In this document: one piece after another, positions 49,779 to 59,595 of the stretch
How the letters are laid out: each line of letters begins with the position of its first letter
How positions within the stretch are numbered: the first letter of the stretch is position 1
Source of the DNA: Armatimonadota bacterium
GTDB taxonomy: Bacteria > Armatimonadota > Fimbriimonadia > Fimbriimonadales > GBS-DC
Assembly: GCA_037444405.1 (NCBI GenBank)
Contig: JBBIML010000016.1
Span: 15,875-79,874 of the forward strand
Length of the DNA stretch: 64,000 bases
Direction of reading: 5' to 3'
Program-made: the position numbers and the translations under genes
The notes under the pieces: generated by a model
The model's input: only the letters and a program-made list of their open reading frames with translations
Told to the model about the DNA's origin: nothing
Database searches by the model: none

Positions 49779-50990
49779 ATGGTGAGGCGATTCCGCGATT
49801 TCTGGATGCTGGCGCTCGCCGCGGGCGGGCTGCTGGCGACGGCATCCCCGCAGAACTGGAACCTGCGGGTGCGGGGAACCGTGCTGGAGATTTTCTACCA
49901 GAGCGGCAGTTCCGCGCCGCAGTATGCCGCCCTGCACCTCGACAGCAGCTACTTCCGCATGAACTACGGTCCCGGCTCCAGCTGGGGCACTTCGGTGATT
50001 TTGATGCCCGCTTTCTGGTCGGGCGGTCGCTACTATCAGGGTGCGCCCGTGAGCTGGAGCCACCGGGTCGAAGGCTCCGATCTGGTGCTTCTGCTTTCGG
50101 GTACCATCGCCACGCTGCAGGTGAATCTGCAGGTGCGCCTCCTGCCGCCCCGCCCGAACGAGCTGATTGCGTTCGTGAGCGCGTCGGTCAGCGGTTCTAT
50201 CCCCATCGATAACCGCCCGGGCGAGGCGTTCAAACCCGTGATGCTCTCCTCGATGCATGTCTCCAGCACGCAGTGGGACGCGCAAGCTGCCTACGCCGAC
50301 TGCAACCGCTATTCGATCCCCGCTTCGGGCTGGATTATCTATCCGCCTGTGAGCGGACGCATGCTGGGATTACTGGGCGGCAGCTCGGCATGGCAATCGA
50401 ACACGCCCACCATCGAGGTGATGCTGCCCTACCCGCTCCAGATTACAGGCTGGGTCACCTATAGCACGAACCCCAACGACGATAATGTGGGGTTCTGGGC
50501 GGCGTCCAGCCAGCTGATGCCGTCGTGGAGCTACGCGCTGCGCGCCGCGCCTGACCGCACCTATCGCCTGTCGGGACAGATCACGCTGGGACAGTATCAG
50601 GGCAGTCCGGGTGGTCAGCCCATCCGCGTGGAGCTGCGCCCGCCGGGCAATCCAAACCCGCTGCGAGTCGAAACGGTGGTGCTGCAGGCGGACGGTCGCT
50701 ACTTCCTCTATCAGGTGGCGGCGGGCACCTACGATGTGGCATTTCAGGGCACGCACTGGCTGCGCAAGCTGGTGCGAAATGTGAGCGTGAGCGACTGCCT
50801 GATGAACCTCAACGCCACCCTGATCAACGGCGATGTGAACGGCGATAATCGCATCGATGACGCCGACCTGCTCCGCGTGCTGTTCGCCTTCGGCAGCAAC
50901 AGCCCAGCCGAAGACCTGAACGGCGACCGGCGCGTGGACGACGCCGACCTGCTGATTGTGCTATTCCATTTCGGGCAGACAGGAGAGTAG
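49779..50990 (+). CDS. Secreted protein with C-terminal dockerin-like repeat
   Basis: Signal peptide, GTHWLRK linker and NGDVNGDNRIDDADLLRVLFAFG...DLNGDRRVDDADLL. Confidence 0.82.
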   Translation: MVRRFRDFWMLALAAGGLLATASPQNWNLRVRGTVLEIFYQSGSSAPQYAALHLDSSYFRMNYGPGSSWGTSVILMPAFWSGGRYYQGAPVSWSHRVEGSDLVLLLSGTIATLQVNLQVRLLPPRPNELIAFVSASVSGSIPIDNRPGEAFKPVMLSSMHVSSTQWDAQAAYADCNRYSIPASGWIIYPPVSGRMLGLLGGSSAWQSNTPTIEVMLPYPLQITGWVTYSTNPNDDNVGFWAASSQLMPSWSYALRAAPDRTYRLSGQITLGQYQGSPGGQPIRVELRPPGNPNPLRVETVVLQADGRYFLYQVAAGTYDVAFQGTHWLRKLVRNVSVSDCLMNLNATLINGDVNGDNRIDDADLLRVLFAFGSNSPAEDLNGDRRVDDADLLIVLFHFGQTGE

Positions 50991-51026
50991 CCGAAGGGCG
51001 CGAATCGCTCTCGACGGAGGCAAGCG

Positions 51027-52493
51027 ATGCGGCACTACGGTCTGTTCATCGATGGCGAATGGCATCCAACTTCGGAGCAGTACGAAGTGCGCAACCCTGC
51101 CAGCGGCGAGGTCATCGCGCTCTGCGCCATAGCCGGGTCGGCAGAAGTGGACGCGGCAGTTCAGGCGGCTCACCGGGCATTCCCCGACTGGTCTGCCCGT
51201 TCGTACGAGGAGCGGGGCGAGATTCTGCGAGCGGTCGCCGCCGCGCTCAAAGAGCGATTTGAAGAGTTCGCCTTCACCGAAAGCCAGCAGACGGGGCGGT
51301 GCATTCGCGAGACGATGGCGCACGATGTCCCCGCCACCATCAGCGTCTTCGAATATTTTGCAGGGATTGCGCCCGCCATTCACGGCGAGACGCTGCCAAT
51401 ACCGGGCAACTATCTGAACTACACGCGGCGGGAGCCGTACGGCGTGGTGGTAGCGATTACGCCGTGGAACTTCCCGCTGTGGCTGGCAGCGATTAAAATC
51501 GCGCCCGCGCTGGTGGCAGGCAACACGATGGTCATCAAGCCTGCGCCCACCACCCCGCTCACCACGCTGATGTTAGCCGAGCTGATGGCGCAGGCAGGCG
51601 TGCCCGCCGGTGTGTTCAATGTGCTGACCGACCCGACGCCGGGCACCGTCGGGGACTTCTTGACGGCGCACCCGCAGGTGAACAAGATTGCCTTCACTGG
51701 CTCCACCGCGGTGGGCGTGCGGGTGATGCAGCGCGCCGCGACCAATGTGGTGCCCGTGTCGCTGGAGCTGGGCGGCAAATCGCCCTTTATTGTGTTCGCC
51801 GACTGCGACTTTGAGCGCACGCTCGCCTACGCGCTGTTAGCCAACTTCTTCGCGCATGGTCAGATGTGTACCGCTGCCACCCGAATCTTTGTGGAGCGCC
51901 CGCTCTATGAGCGGTTCCGTGAGGCGTTCGTGGCGCGCGCCGCCCGCCTGCAGATTGGCGACCCGCTGGACCCCACCACTGAGTTCGCCACTCTGCACAA
52001 GCGCGAGCAGCTGGAGAAGATACTCCACTATCTGGAGGTGGCGCGGCAGGACGGCGCAGCCGTGCTGACAGGGGGCAACCGCATCACCGAACCGCCCTTC
52101 GATAAGGGCTTCTACTTCCAGCCAACGGTGCTGGAGTATGTGCCGCCCGATTCCCGCGTCGCCTGCGAGGAGATTTTCGGACCTGTGGCGATGCTGTTCC
52201 CGTTCGAGAGCGAGCAGGAGGCGATTGAACGCGCGAACGCCACCGAGTACGGGCTGGCAGCAGGCATCTGGACGCAGGACATCGGCAGGGCGCACCGCGT
52301 CGCCCACCAGATTCAGGCGGGCAAGGTGTGGATCAACTGCTACAATATGATTCCGCCCGGCGCGCCGTACGGCGGCTACAGGAAAAGCGGGTTCGGACGC
52401 GAGCTGGGACTGCACTGCCTGCTCGACCTCTATACGCAGGTCAAAAATATTCAGGTTGACCTCAGCCCCGACTACTTCGAATGGTTCAGCTAA
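51027..52493 (+). CDS. Aldehyde dehydrogenase
   Basis: PWNFP, FTGST, LELGGKSP, GQMC, EEIFGPV and GGYRKSGFGRE. Confidence 0.96.
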   Translation: MRHYGLFIDGEWHPTSEQYEVRNPASGEVIALCAIAGSAEVDAAVQAAHRAFPDWSARSYEERGEILRAVAAALKERFEEFAFTESQQTGRCIRETMAHDVPATISVFEYFAGIAPAIHGETLPIPGNYLNYTRREPYGVVVAITPWNFPLWLAAIKIAPALVAGNTMVIKPAPTTPLTTLMLAELMAQAGVPAGVFNVLTDPTPGTVGDFLTAHPQVNKIAFTGSTAVGVRVMQRAATNVVPVSLELGGKSPFIVFADCDFERTLAYALLANFFAHGQMCTAATRIFVERPLYERFREAFVARAARLQIGDPLDPTTEFATLHKREQLEKILHYLEVARQDGAAVLTGGNRITEPPFDKGFYFQPTVLEYVPPDSRVACEEIFGPVAMLFPFESEQEAIERANATEYGLAAGIWTQDIGRAHRVAHQIQAGKVWINCYNMIPPGAPYGGYRKSGFGRELGLHCLLDLYTQVKNIQVDLSPDYFEWFS

Positions 52494-52496
52494 AGC

Positions 52497-52522
52497 AGGG
52501 GCGCAGTGCCCTGCGCCCCTAC
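52497..52522. repeat. GTAG-type REP-like hairpin between convergent genes
   Basis: aggggcgcag-tgcc-ctgcgcccctac, whose reverse strand starts GTAG. Confidence 0.6.
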
Positions 52523-53811
52523 TACAGCATGCGAATGACCTGCAGGCGCAGGTCGGCTCGCTGGCGCAAGGGCGCAAGGCGTGCCTGCACCATGTTTTCG
52601 GGCGCAGGCGCGGTCAGAAACAGCTGCTCGACGCCGCCGGGCACTGGCTCTGGCGGATGACGCTGTTCTAACAGCCAGTCGGCAAGCGCATCGCGTACTG
52701 CCTGCAGCGTGTCGGCGTTCGTGCCCACGGCGCGCACATAGTAGCGGAAGATGAGCGCCTCGATCGGCGCGGTCTCGCCCGGTTGCAGGCACGGCTGGGG
52801 CTGTTTACCCGTAGCGCCCAGCATCAGGTTGCGAGCCACCAGAATCAGGTCGCCCACGACGGCGCTGGCGGTTGGGCGCGCGCCCGCCGCGAAGCCGTGA
52901 ATGAACAGCTGCTGGAAGCCGTTGCCCTGTAGGAAGATGCCACTGTTGGCGTCTTTGAGGCTGCAGAGCGGATGATCGCGGGGCAGCAGCAGCGGATGCA
53001 CACGCACATTCAGCCGTCCATCGGGCAGGCGCTCCGCCGTGCCGATAAGCTTGATGCCATAGCCGAGCTCGTGCGCCCACATTAAATCGCGCCCATCCAG
53101 ATGGGTGATGCCCTCGCGATAGACCGCCTCTACGGGCACATACTGCAGGAACGCCAGCCGCGCCAGTATCGCCATCTTATACTGAGCGTCGTAGCCCTCC
53201 ACATCACTGCTGGGGTCGGCTTCGGCGTAGCCCAGCTGCTGCGCCTGCGCTAATGCCGTCGCATAGGCTTCTTCGGCGGGCGTGCCGTCCGCTAATGCCT
53301 GCTCCATGCGCGTCAGGATGAAGTTGGTGGTGCTGTTCACGATGCCGACGACGCGCTCGATGCGGTTGCCAGCAAGCGCGCCCTGCAGCAGGGTGAGAAT
53401 CGGCAGGCTACCCGCCACGCTCGCCTCATAGAGCAGATCGACGCCGCGCTCCATCGCCAGGCGCAGCAGCTCCTCGCCCGCAATCGCCATCACCATCTTG
53501 TTGGCGGTGATCACATTTTTGCCCGCCTGCAACGCCTGACGGATGAGGCTGCGCGGGGGTTCCAGCCCGCCCATCACCTCGATCACAATCTCCACTTCGG
53601 GGTCGCTGATGGCGCGTTCAGCGTCGGTGGTGAGCAGTTCAGACGGTATGGGCACGGCACGCGGCTTAGCGGGGTCGCGCACCACCACATGGCGCACCTC
53701 AAACTGGCAGCCCGTTTGCGCCGTCAGCAGGTCGGCGTTCTCGCGGAGCAGGCTCAACACGCCGCCGCCGACCGTGCCAGCCCCCAGCAGCGCAATCCGC
53801 ACCGTTCTCAT
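52522..53811 (-). CDS. hom: Homoserine dehydrogenase
   Basis: GAGTVGGG, TANK, EASVAGSLP, GYAEADPSSDVEGYD and AGARPTASAV. Confidence 0.94.
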   Translation of the reverse strand: MRTVRIALLGAGTVGGGVLSLLRENADLLTAQTGCQFEVRHVVVRDPAKPRAVPIPSELLTTDAERAISDPEVEIVIEVMGGLEPPRSLIRQALQAGKNVITANKMVMAIAGEELLRLAMERGVDLLYEASVAGSLPILTLLQGALAGNRIERVVGIVNSTTNFILTRMEQALADGTPAEEAYATALAQAQQLGYAEADPSSDVEGYDAQYKMAILARLAFLQYVPVEAVYREGITHLDGRDLMWAHELGYGIKLIGTAERLPDGRLNVRVHPLLLPRDHPLCSLKDANSGIFLQGNGFQQLFIHGFAAGARPTASAVVGDLILVARNLMLGATGKQPQPCLQPGETAPIEALIFRYYVRAVGTNADTLQAVRDALADWLLEQRHPPEPVPGGVEQLFLTAPAPENMVQARLAPLRQRADLRLQVIRML

Positions 53812-53821
53812 CTGGCTCTCC

Positions 53822-54247
53822 TTATTCGGGCGGCTCCAGCAGCATCAGAATCTCGCCCTGCTGAACCAGCGAGGCGTTCTGCGCCACGATTCGGCGCACG
53901 ACGCCTGTGGCGGGCGATGGGATTTCGTTGAACACCTTCATCGCCTCGATCAGCCCGATGGTTTGACCCTCGTGAACAAGGTCGCCCTCTTCCACATAGG
54001 GCGGCTCATTCGGCGAGGGACCGCGATAGAACATGCCCGTCATCGGCGCCTCGATGGGAATGAAGTTGGGCTGTTCGGCGACCTCTCGAACGGGCGCGGG
54101 TGTCACGATGGCGGTGGCAGGCGCAGGCGCGGGCGCCGCACGCTCCAAATGCACGCTCATATCGCCCATCTCCACGCTCAGCTCCTGCAGCTGATGGCGC
54201 TCCATCAGCTCCAGACACCGCTCCACCAGCTCAATCGGCAGCCGCAC
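53822..54247 (-). CDS. accB: Acetyl-CoA carboxylase biotin carboxyl carrier protein
   Basis: APMTGMFY and EAMKVFNEI biotin motif with a Pro/Ala linker. GTG start inferred. Confidence 0.92.
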   Translation of the reverse strand: MRLPIELVERCLELMERHQLQELSVEMGDMSVHLERAAPAPAPATAIVTPAPVREVAEQPNFIPIEAPMTGMFYRGPSPNEPPYVEEGDLVHEGQTIGLIEAMKVFNEIPSPATGVVRRIVAQNASLVQQGEILMLLEPPE

Positions 54248-54563
54248 GCGCCTATTATACCTGCCGTCAGGAGCAGGCACAGACCCACGCATCCACCCCC
54301 TTGCCAAATCTTGTAGTCTGCGAAAAAGTCTCCACAACAGGTAGAAAAAAGCGAGAAAAAGCACGAACAGGCGCGGAAAAGGTCAGGAAAGCGGGAAAAA
54401 TCTTCTCAGATGTTGCTGAGGGCGTTCATCGGCTGTTATCGGCTCATTTTCTGGGGCGACTACAGGCAGGAGTCGGCAGGAGGGCATGCTATTATATGGC
54501 TCTGCAGGGGTGCGCTTCCGCCCCTGCAACGACCCCACTCACAGAGGCAGGGATGCGATCGGA

Positions 54564-55973
54564 ATGACGCGGCGCAGGGAAGAGAGCGAGCTGGAGCAGT
54601 TGCGTTTCGGGGAGAGCGAGACGCAGGTGCAGTTGCGGCGGGCGTGGCGCAATGTGCTGCAGGCGTTGCTCCCACAGGTCGCCATCAGCAGTCGGCGCTA
54701 TCTGGAAGCAGTCGAGCCAGTGGAGCTGGAAGGCGACCTCCTGCGCCTGCGGCTGGATAACACCTTCGGACGCCAGTGGATTTATCATCGCCTGCGCCAC
54801 GAGATTGAAAGCCTGTTCAGCCAGCAGCTGGGCTTCCCCGTGCGCATCGAGCTGATTGGCGAGGAGCAGCTGGCGGAGTCGGCGCCGCCTGCGCAGGCAG
54901 TGGCGATGCCGCTCGATACGCCCGCTGCTGCGCCACCCCTGCCGCCGCCCCGATTCAATCGCGACTACACTTTTGAAACCTTCGTGGTGGGGCGCAGCAA
55001 TCGGCTGGCGTACGGCGCGGCGCAGGCGGTGGTCGATTCGCCTGGCAAACGCTACAATCCGCTTTTTATCTATAGCCTGCCAGGGCTGGGCAAGACGCAC
55101 CTGCTGCACGCGATTGGGCAGGCGTTTCTACAGCGGTTCCCGCAGGCGCGGGTGCTTTATATCAGCGGGGAAGAGTTCCTGCGCCACTATGTGCAGGCGG
55201 TACGGCAGGGTCAGGCGGACGAGTTCCGCGAGCGCCACCGCAGCGTGCATCTGTGGCTGGTGGATGATGTCCAGTTCCTTGCGGGGCGCGACCGCACGCA
55301 GGAAGAGTTCTTCCATATCTTCAACACGCTATTTGCTACCGCGTGCCCGATGGTGCTGACCAGCGATAAGCCGCCGCGCGAGCTGCTCGGTCTCGAAGAG
55401 CGGTTGCGCTCGCGCTTCGAGCAGGGCTTGTGCGCCGATATTGCCCCGCCCGATTTCGAGCTGCGGGTGGCAATCCTGCTTGCCAAAGCGGAGCGGGAGG
55501 GCGTCGCCCTGCCGCTGGAGATTGCCGAGTTTATCGCTGACAAGGTGCAATCGAATGTGCGGGCGCTGGAGGGCGCGCTTACCCGCCTGATCGCGCACAG
55601 CTCGCTCCACCGCGAGCCGCTCAGCCTGGAGCTGGCGGCGGAGGTGCTGCGCACCTTCTTCGTGGACGCCAGACCGCAGCCCGTGAGCGTCCAGCGCGTG
55701 CTGGAAGCCGTCTGTCAGGAGTTCGGCATCGAGCCGCAGGAACTGACAGGTCGCAGTCGGCGCGGCGATATCGTGCCCATTCGCCAGATCGCGATGTACG
55801 CTGCGCGTGATCTGACAGGCGAGCCGTGGGCACGAATCGCCCAGGCGTTCGGACGCAACGACCATACCACCATCCTGCACGCCTATCAGCAGGTGAGCCG
55901 CCGCCTGCCCCGCGACCCCCATCTGCGCGCCCGCATCGAGGCGATCCGCCGCCGCCTGCACAACTGTCCCTGA
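54564..55973 (+). CDS. dnaA: Chromosomal replication initiator DnaA (possibly a paralog)
   Basis: YTFETFVVGRSN, YNPLFIY..GLGKTHLL, DDVQF, QEEFFHIFN, RLRSRF, NVRALEGAL and DHTTILHA. Confidence 0.9.
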   Translation: MTRRREESELEQLRFGESETQVQLRRAWRNVLQALLPQVAISSRRYLEAVEPVELEGDLLRLRLDNTFGRQWIYHRLRHEIESLFSQQLGFPVRIELIGEEQLAESAPPAQAVAMPLDTPAAAPPLPPPRFNRDYTFETFVVGRSNRLAYGAAQAVVDSPGKRYNPLFIYSLPGLGKTHLLHAIGQAFLQRFPQARVLYISGEEFLRHYVQAVRQGQADEFRERHRSVHLWLVDDVQFLAGRDRTQEEFFHIFNTLFATACPMVLTSDKPPRELLGLEERLRSRFEQGLCADIAPPDFELRVAILLAKAEREGVALPLEIAEFIADKVQSNVRALEGALTRLIAHSSLHREPLSLELAAEVLRTFFVDARPQPVSVQRVLEAVCQEFGIEPQELTGRSRRGDIVPIRQIAMYAARDLTGEPWARIAQAFGRNDHTTILHAYQQVSRRLPRDPHLRARIEAIRRRLHNCP

Positions 55974-56086
55974 AGAAATCACCTGCTCTTGCCGATAATA
56001 AAACTGACTGTGCTTGTCGCACAAGCACCACCGCGCCACGGGGAACCATCCGCCTGGCAAACGGGGTATATGTCTCCCGAAGGGAC

Positions 56087-56116
56087 TTGACTTTTCTGCC
56101 CCGTATGGGGTATGCT
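56087..56116 (+). promoter_or_regulatory. Putative sigma-70 promoter
   Basis: TTGACT-18 bp-TATGCT, preceded by GG like other -10 boxes in this window. Confidence 0.5.
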
Positions 56117-56372
56117 TAAAGCGTTGCTGGAGAGGCGATAGGAAACCCCATCTGCACCAGGCATGGATGCCACCCATAGAGAAGCGCGTCACGCTCCCGA
56201 TTGCAGTGGAGCATCACGGGTCAAACCCGAAAGGCTCTGTGATGGACGGCTATCGGGTGGCACGGTAGCTGTCGGTTGAAATGGTCTGCTTGTGCGCTCC
56301 AAACTGCCACAGTCTGAAAGTGTCTGTAAGACACTGACAAAGCTATCTACTGTGTTCTGGAGGTGAAGTTGA

Positions 56373-57599
56373 ATGATGAGGGACAAGGCTATGGACATCC
56401 GACCGCAGGTCGCGTTTGTGAGCACCTACCCGCCCACGGAGTGCGGGCTGGCAACTTTCACAGCCGACCTGTTGCAGGCGGTGGAGCAACAGGGCTGGAG
56501 CGGACGGGTCATCTCGGCAGACCATGAGGAGCGAACGGAGCATTCCGACCCGCGTGTCATTTATCAGATTCGGCGCGAGCGGATCGGCGACTATGTGGAA
56601 GCCGCCGAACTGCTCAACCGCTCCGCTGTGCAGGTGGTCAGCCTGCAACACGAATATGGCATCTTCGGCGGGGAGATGGGCGAATATATCATTCCGTTCG
56701 TGCGTCGGCTGGCAGTGCCGCTGGTGACCACGCTGCACACCGTCGTGCCGCGCCCGACCGACCTCATGCGCGACCTGCTGCGCAAGGTCATCCTTCACTC
56801 CGATGCGGTGGTGGTGATGGCGCGCACGGCAGTGCATCTGCTGCGCACGGTGTACGATGTGCCCGTGCATCATGTGTATGTGATTCCGCACGGGGCGCCC
56901 CAACCGCTGCCGATTAGCCCGCAACAGGCAAAAGCGCAACTCAAACTCAGCGGGCGCATCGTGTTGAGCACCTTCGGACTGGTGAACCCCGGCAAGGGAA
57001 TCGAAGATGTGGTTCGGGCGATGCCCGCCATTGTCAAGCAGTTCCCGAACGCGCTCTATCTGGTGCTGGGCGAGACCCATCCCAAAGTGCGCGCCCGCGA
57101 AGGAGAGCAGTATCGCCAGATGCTCGAATCGGAAGTGAAGCGATTGCGCCTGGAAAACCATGTGCAGTTCATCAATCGCTACCTGACGCTGGACGAGATT
57201 CGGCTCTATCTGCGGGCGACCGATCTGTATATCACGCCGTATCACAATCCTGATCAGATTACCAGCGGCACGCTGGCGTACGCGCTGGCATCGGGCTGCG
57301 TGATTATCTCGACGCCCTATCTCTACGCGCAGGAGGTGCTGGGCGATGGGGGCGGTCTGCTGGTGCAGTTCAAGGATCCCACCTCCATCGCGGACGCGGC
57401 GATCCAGCTGCTGTCCGACCCGTACCTGATGCGCTATCATCAGGCGGTGGCGCAGCGCAAGGCGGCGGGCATGAGCTGGCAGGCGGTCGGGCAGGCGTAT
57501 GCCCAGCTGTTCGCCCAGCTGCGCCGCCCGCTCCAATTCCCGCTCAGCGCCGTTCAGCCGCAGCCTCCTTACGCCGAGCTGGAGCGGGCGGTCGTCTAA
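56373..57599 (+). CDS. Glycosyltransferase family 4
   Basis: STYPPTECGLATFT, QHEYGIFGG, TTLHT, IPHG, KGIE and SGTLAYA. GGAGG RBS. Confidence 0.92.
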   Translation: MMRDKAMDIRPQVAFVSTYPPTECGLATFTADLLQAVEQQGWSGRVISADHEERTEHSDPRVIYQIRRERIGDYVEAAELLNRSAVQVVSLQHEYGIFGGEMGEYIIPFVRRLAVPLVTTLHTVVPRPTDLMRDLLRKVILHSDAVVVMARTAVHLLRTVYDVPVHHVYVIPHGAPQPLPISPQQAKAQLKLSGRIVLSTFGLVNPGKGIEDVVRAMPAIVKQFPNALYLVLGETHPKVRAREGEQYRQMLESEVKRLRLENHVQFINRYLTLDEIRLYLRATDLYITPYHNPDQITSGTLAYALASGCVIISTPYLYAQEVLGDGGGLLVQFKDPTSIADAAIQLLSDPYLMRYHQAVAQRKAAGMSWQAVGQAYAQLFAQLRRPLQFPLSAVQPQPPYAELERAVV

Positions 57600-57623
57600 G
57601 CCCCCGACAGGTACAATCGGGGC

Positions 57624-57989
57624 GTGGATCGGCTCTTTATTGAGGGCATCGAGTTCTACGCCTATCACGGCGTGCCCGACGCCGAACAGCAGATCGGGCA
57701 TCGCTACCGCGTGGATGTGGTGCTGGAGCTGGACCTGTCGCGGGCAGGGCGCACCGACCGACTGGACGATACGGTCAACTATGGGGAGGTCGCCCGACTG
57801 GTTCAGCAGATAGGCACGCAGTCGTCGGTGCGTCTGATGGAGACGCTCGCCGAGCGGTTGTGCAACGCGATACTGGAGCGGTTCCCGCCTGTTCAGCGCG
57901 TACAGGTGCGCGTCGCCAAACGCCTGCCCCCCACGGGCAATGTGGTCGAGCTGGCAGGCGTCGAAATCACCCGCACCCGCGAGGGCTGA
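57624..57989 (+). CDS. folB: Dihydroneopterin aldolase
   Basis: FYAYHGV...E...D.LDDTVNY...LMETLAE...K. Confidence 0.95.
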   Translation: MDRLFIEGIEFYAYHGVPDAEQQIGHRYRVDVVLELDLSRAGRTDRLDDTVNYGEVARLVQQIGTQSSVRLMETLAERLCNAILERFPPVQRVQVRVAKRLPPTGNVVELAGVEITRTREG

Positions 57990-58006
57990 AAGCAGGATAA
58001 ATCAGG

Positions 58007-58621
58007 CTACCACTCCCGACGCGATTGGACGGCGAGGCGGACGGCGTCCCAGTGCAGGCGCAGCAGCTGCTTGATGAGACGAATGCCCTGCTCGCACTCC
58101 TCCTGAGAGAGGGCACGCACCGCTGCCCCACAAAAATACGCCAGACACTGCATCGGACGCAACTCGTTCGGCAGGCGACAGCCCTGACAAGTCAGCTCAT
58201 TACAGCAGCCCTCTGCCCGTGCCACGCCCGAATGCAGAACCCGCTGCCGCGCCTGCGCCAGCTGGAAGCCGACCATTTCGCTCGTGCGCCGTCGCGCACC
58301 CAGATGCTCCGTCTGCGGGTTCTGCAACACGCGATCCAGGAACGCGTCGCGCTCGCGCGTGCCTTTGCAACAGTGCCCACACTGAGCGCACACATGGGCG
58401 TGGCTGCGACTGATTTCGCCCAGCCCGCGCTGAATCTCCATTCGGCGCAGGTTGAGCTGCGCCAACCGACGCTGATAACGCGCATCGCTCAGCGCGCGCC
58501 GATTGGTCAGCCAGCGTGCGAGGTGATTGCAGGCAATCTCCCACGCGCGAAACAGGGGACGCGCGTAGAACAGGAACAGCAGACGCGTCCACCAGTGTGC
58601 CGGGGTGCGGTTCGCCTCCAT
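58007..58621 (-). CDS. Cys-cluster hypothetical protein (YkgJ/CxxCxxCC-like)
   Basis: CAQCGHCC and C...GCRLP..LRPMQCLAYFC. Confidence 0.7.
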   Translation of the reverse strand: MEANRTPAHWWTRLLFLFYARPLFRAWEIACNHLARWLTNRRALSDARYQRRLAQLNLRRMEIQRGLGEISRSHAHVCAQCGHCCKGTRERDAFLDRVLQNPQTEHLGARRRTSEMVGFQLAQARQRVLHSGVARAEGCCNELTCQGCRLPNELRPMQCLAYFCGAAVRALSQEECEQGIRLIKQLLRLHWDAVRLAVQSRREW

Positions 58622-58749
58622 GCTGGGGATAGTTTACCTGCGTCCGATCTGGTCTTGAGCGGGACGCTCAGGCTACTCCGACGCTCAAACCACTCCGTTT
58701 ATGAATCGTGCCGAGCGATATGGAATAAGCCCCTCGGTTGGGGACGACG

Positions 58750-59595
58750 ATGGAACTGAGCGCGTTGCAGATTCGGGTGGCTCGCACGCCAGGGCTGGGC
58801 ATGCTGCCCCAGATGACAGTGCAGATTCTGAAGCTGGTGGACAGCCCCGACGCCTCGCCGCGTCAGGTTGGGGCGCTCATCGAGCGCGATGCGGGGCTGG
58901 CGTCCAAACTGCTCAAGACCGCCAACAGCTCCTACTACGGCATGCAGGGCAAAATCCGCACCGTCTCGCAGGCAATCTCGGTGCTGGGGCTGTCCGCCGT
59001 GCGCTCAGTGATTGTCAGTCAGGTGTACCACCAGATGGCGTCGGGGCGAGCGCACGCCCGACGATTCGATAAGGTGGCGTTCTGGCAGCATTCGCTGGCG
59101 ACGGCGGTCGCCGCGCGGATCCTGGCACGCTTCAAAGGCTGGCGTGACCCCGAAGAGGCGTTCCTCGCAGGGCTGCTGCACGATGCGGGGCGACTCGTGA
59201 TGGATCGCTTCCTGACCAGCGAGTTCGACCAGGCAATCGCGCTCTCGCTCTCCAACGGTTGCAATCTCATCGATGCGGAGCGGGAGATACTGGGCTACAC
59301 GCATGTGGAGGTGGGCGCGATGCTGGGCGAACAGTGGCAGCTACCCGATAGCCTGCAGGAGGGCATGCAGCTCCATCATACGGCAGCCGACTACGAGACC
59401 GCGCCAATCGGTTGCCTCGTTTACACGGCGAATGTGCTGGCGCATCAGGTGGGTTTCGGCGTCGGTGCGCCCGTCGCGTACGAGCTGGACCCCGAAACGG
59501 TCGAATCGCTGAGGTTGCCGCCAGAGCAGTTTGAGGGCATCCGGCAAGTGCTGGCGAAGGAGGTTGCCCGCACGCAGGAGCTGCTCAAGATTTAG
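58750..59595 (+). CDS. HDOD domain signalling protein
   Basis: D..LASKLLKTANSSYYG, FWQHS, AGLLHDAG and THVEVGA..W.LP. Confidence 0.92.
   Translation: MELSALQIRVARTPGLGMLPQMTVQILKLVDSPDASPRQVGALIERDAGLASKLLKTANSSYYGMQGKIRTVSQAISVLGLSAVRSVIVSQVYHQMASGRAHARRFDKVAFWQHSLATAVAARILARFKGWRDPEEAFLAGLLHDAGRLVMDRFLTSEFDQAIALSLSNGCNLIDAEREILGYTHVEVGAMLGEQWQLPDSLQEGMQLHHTAADYETAPIGCLVYTANVLAHQVGFGVGAPVAYELDPETVESLRLPPEQFEGIRQVLAKEVARTQELLKI

Noticed and set aside
54248..54563. oriC upstream of dnaA
   Set aside because: A-rich, but no consensus DnaA boxes found by eye (the best match, gtctccaca, has 3 mismatches).
56005..56062. ZMP/ZTP riboswitch-like fragments (accac...ggggaa...cgcctgg)
   Set aside because: The conserved 5' GACTGGCG pseudoknot partner is missing, and the segment lies upstream of the putative promoter.
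56212..56245. c-di-GMP-I riboswitch (caaacccgaaagg)
   Set aside because: It lacks the GGCAAA...GACGCAAAG core arrangement. Kept only as an unassigned structured leader.
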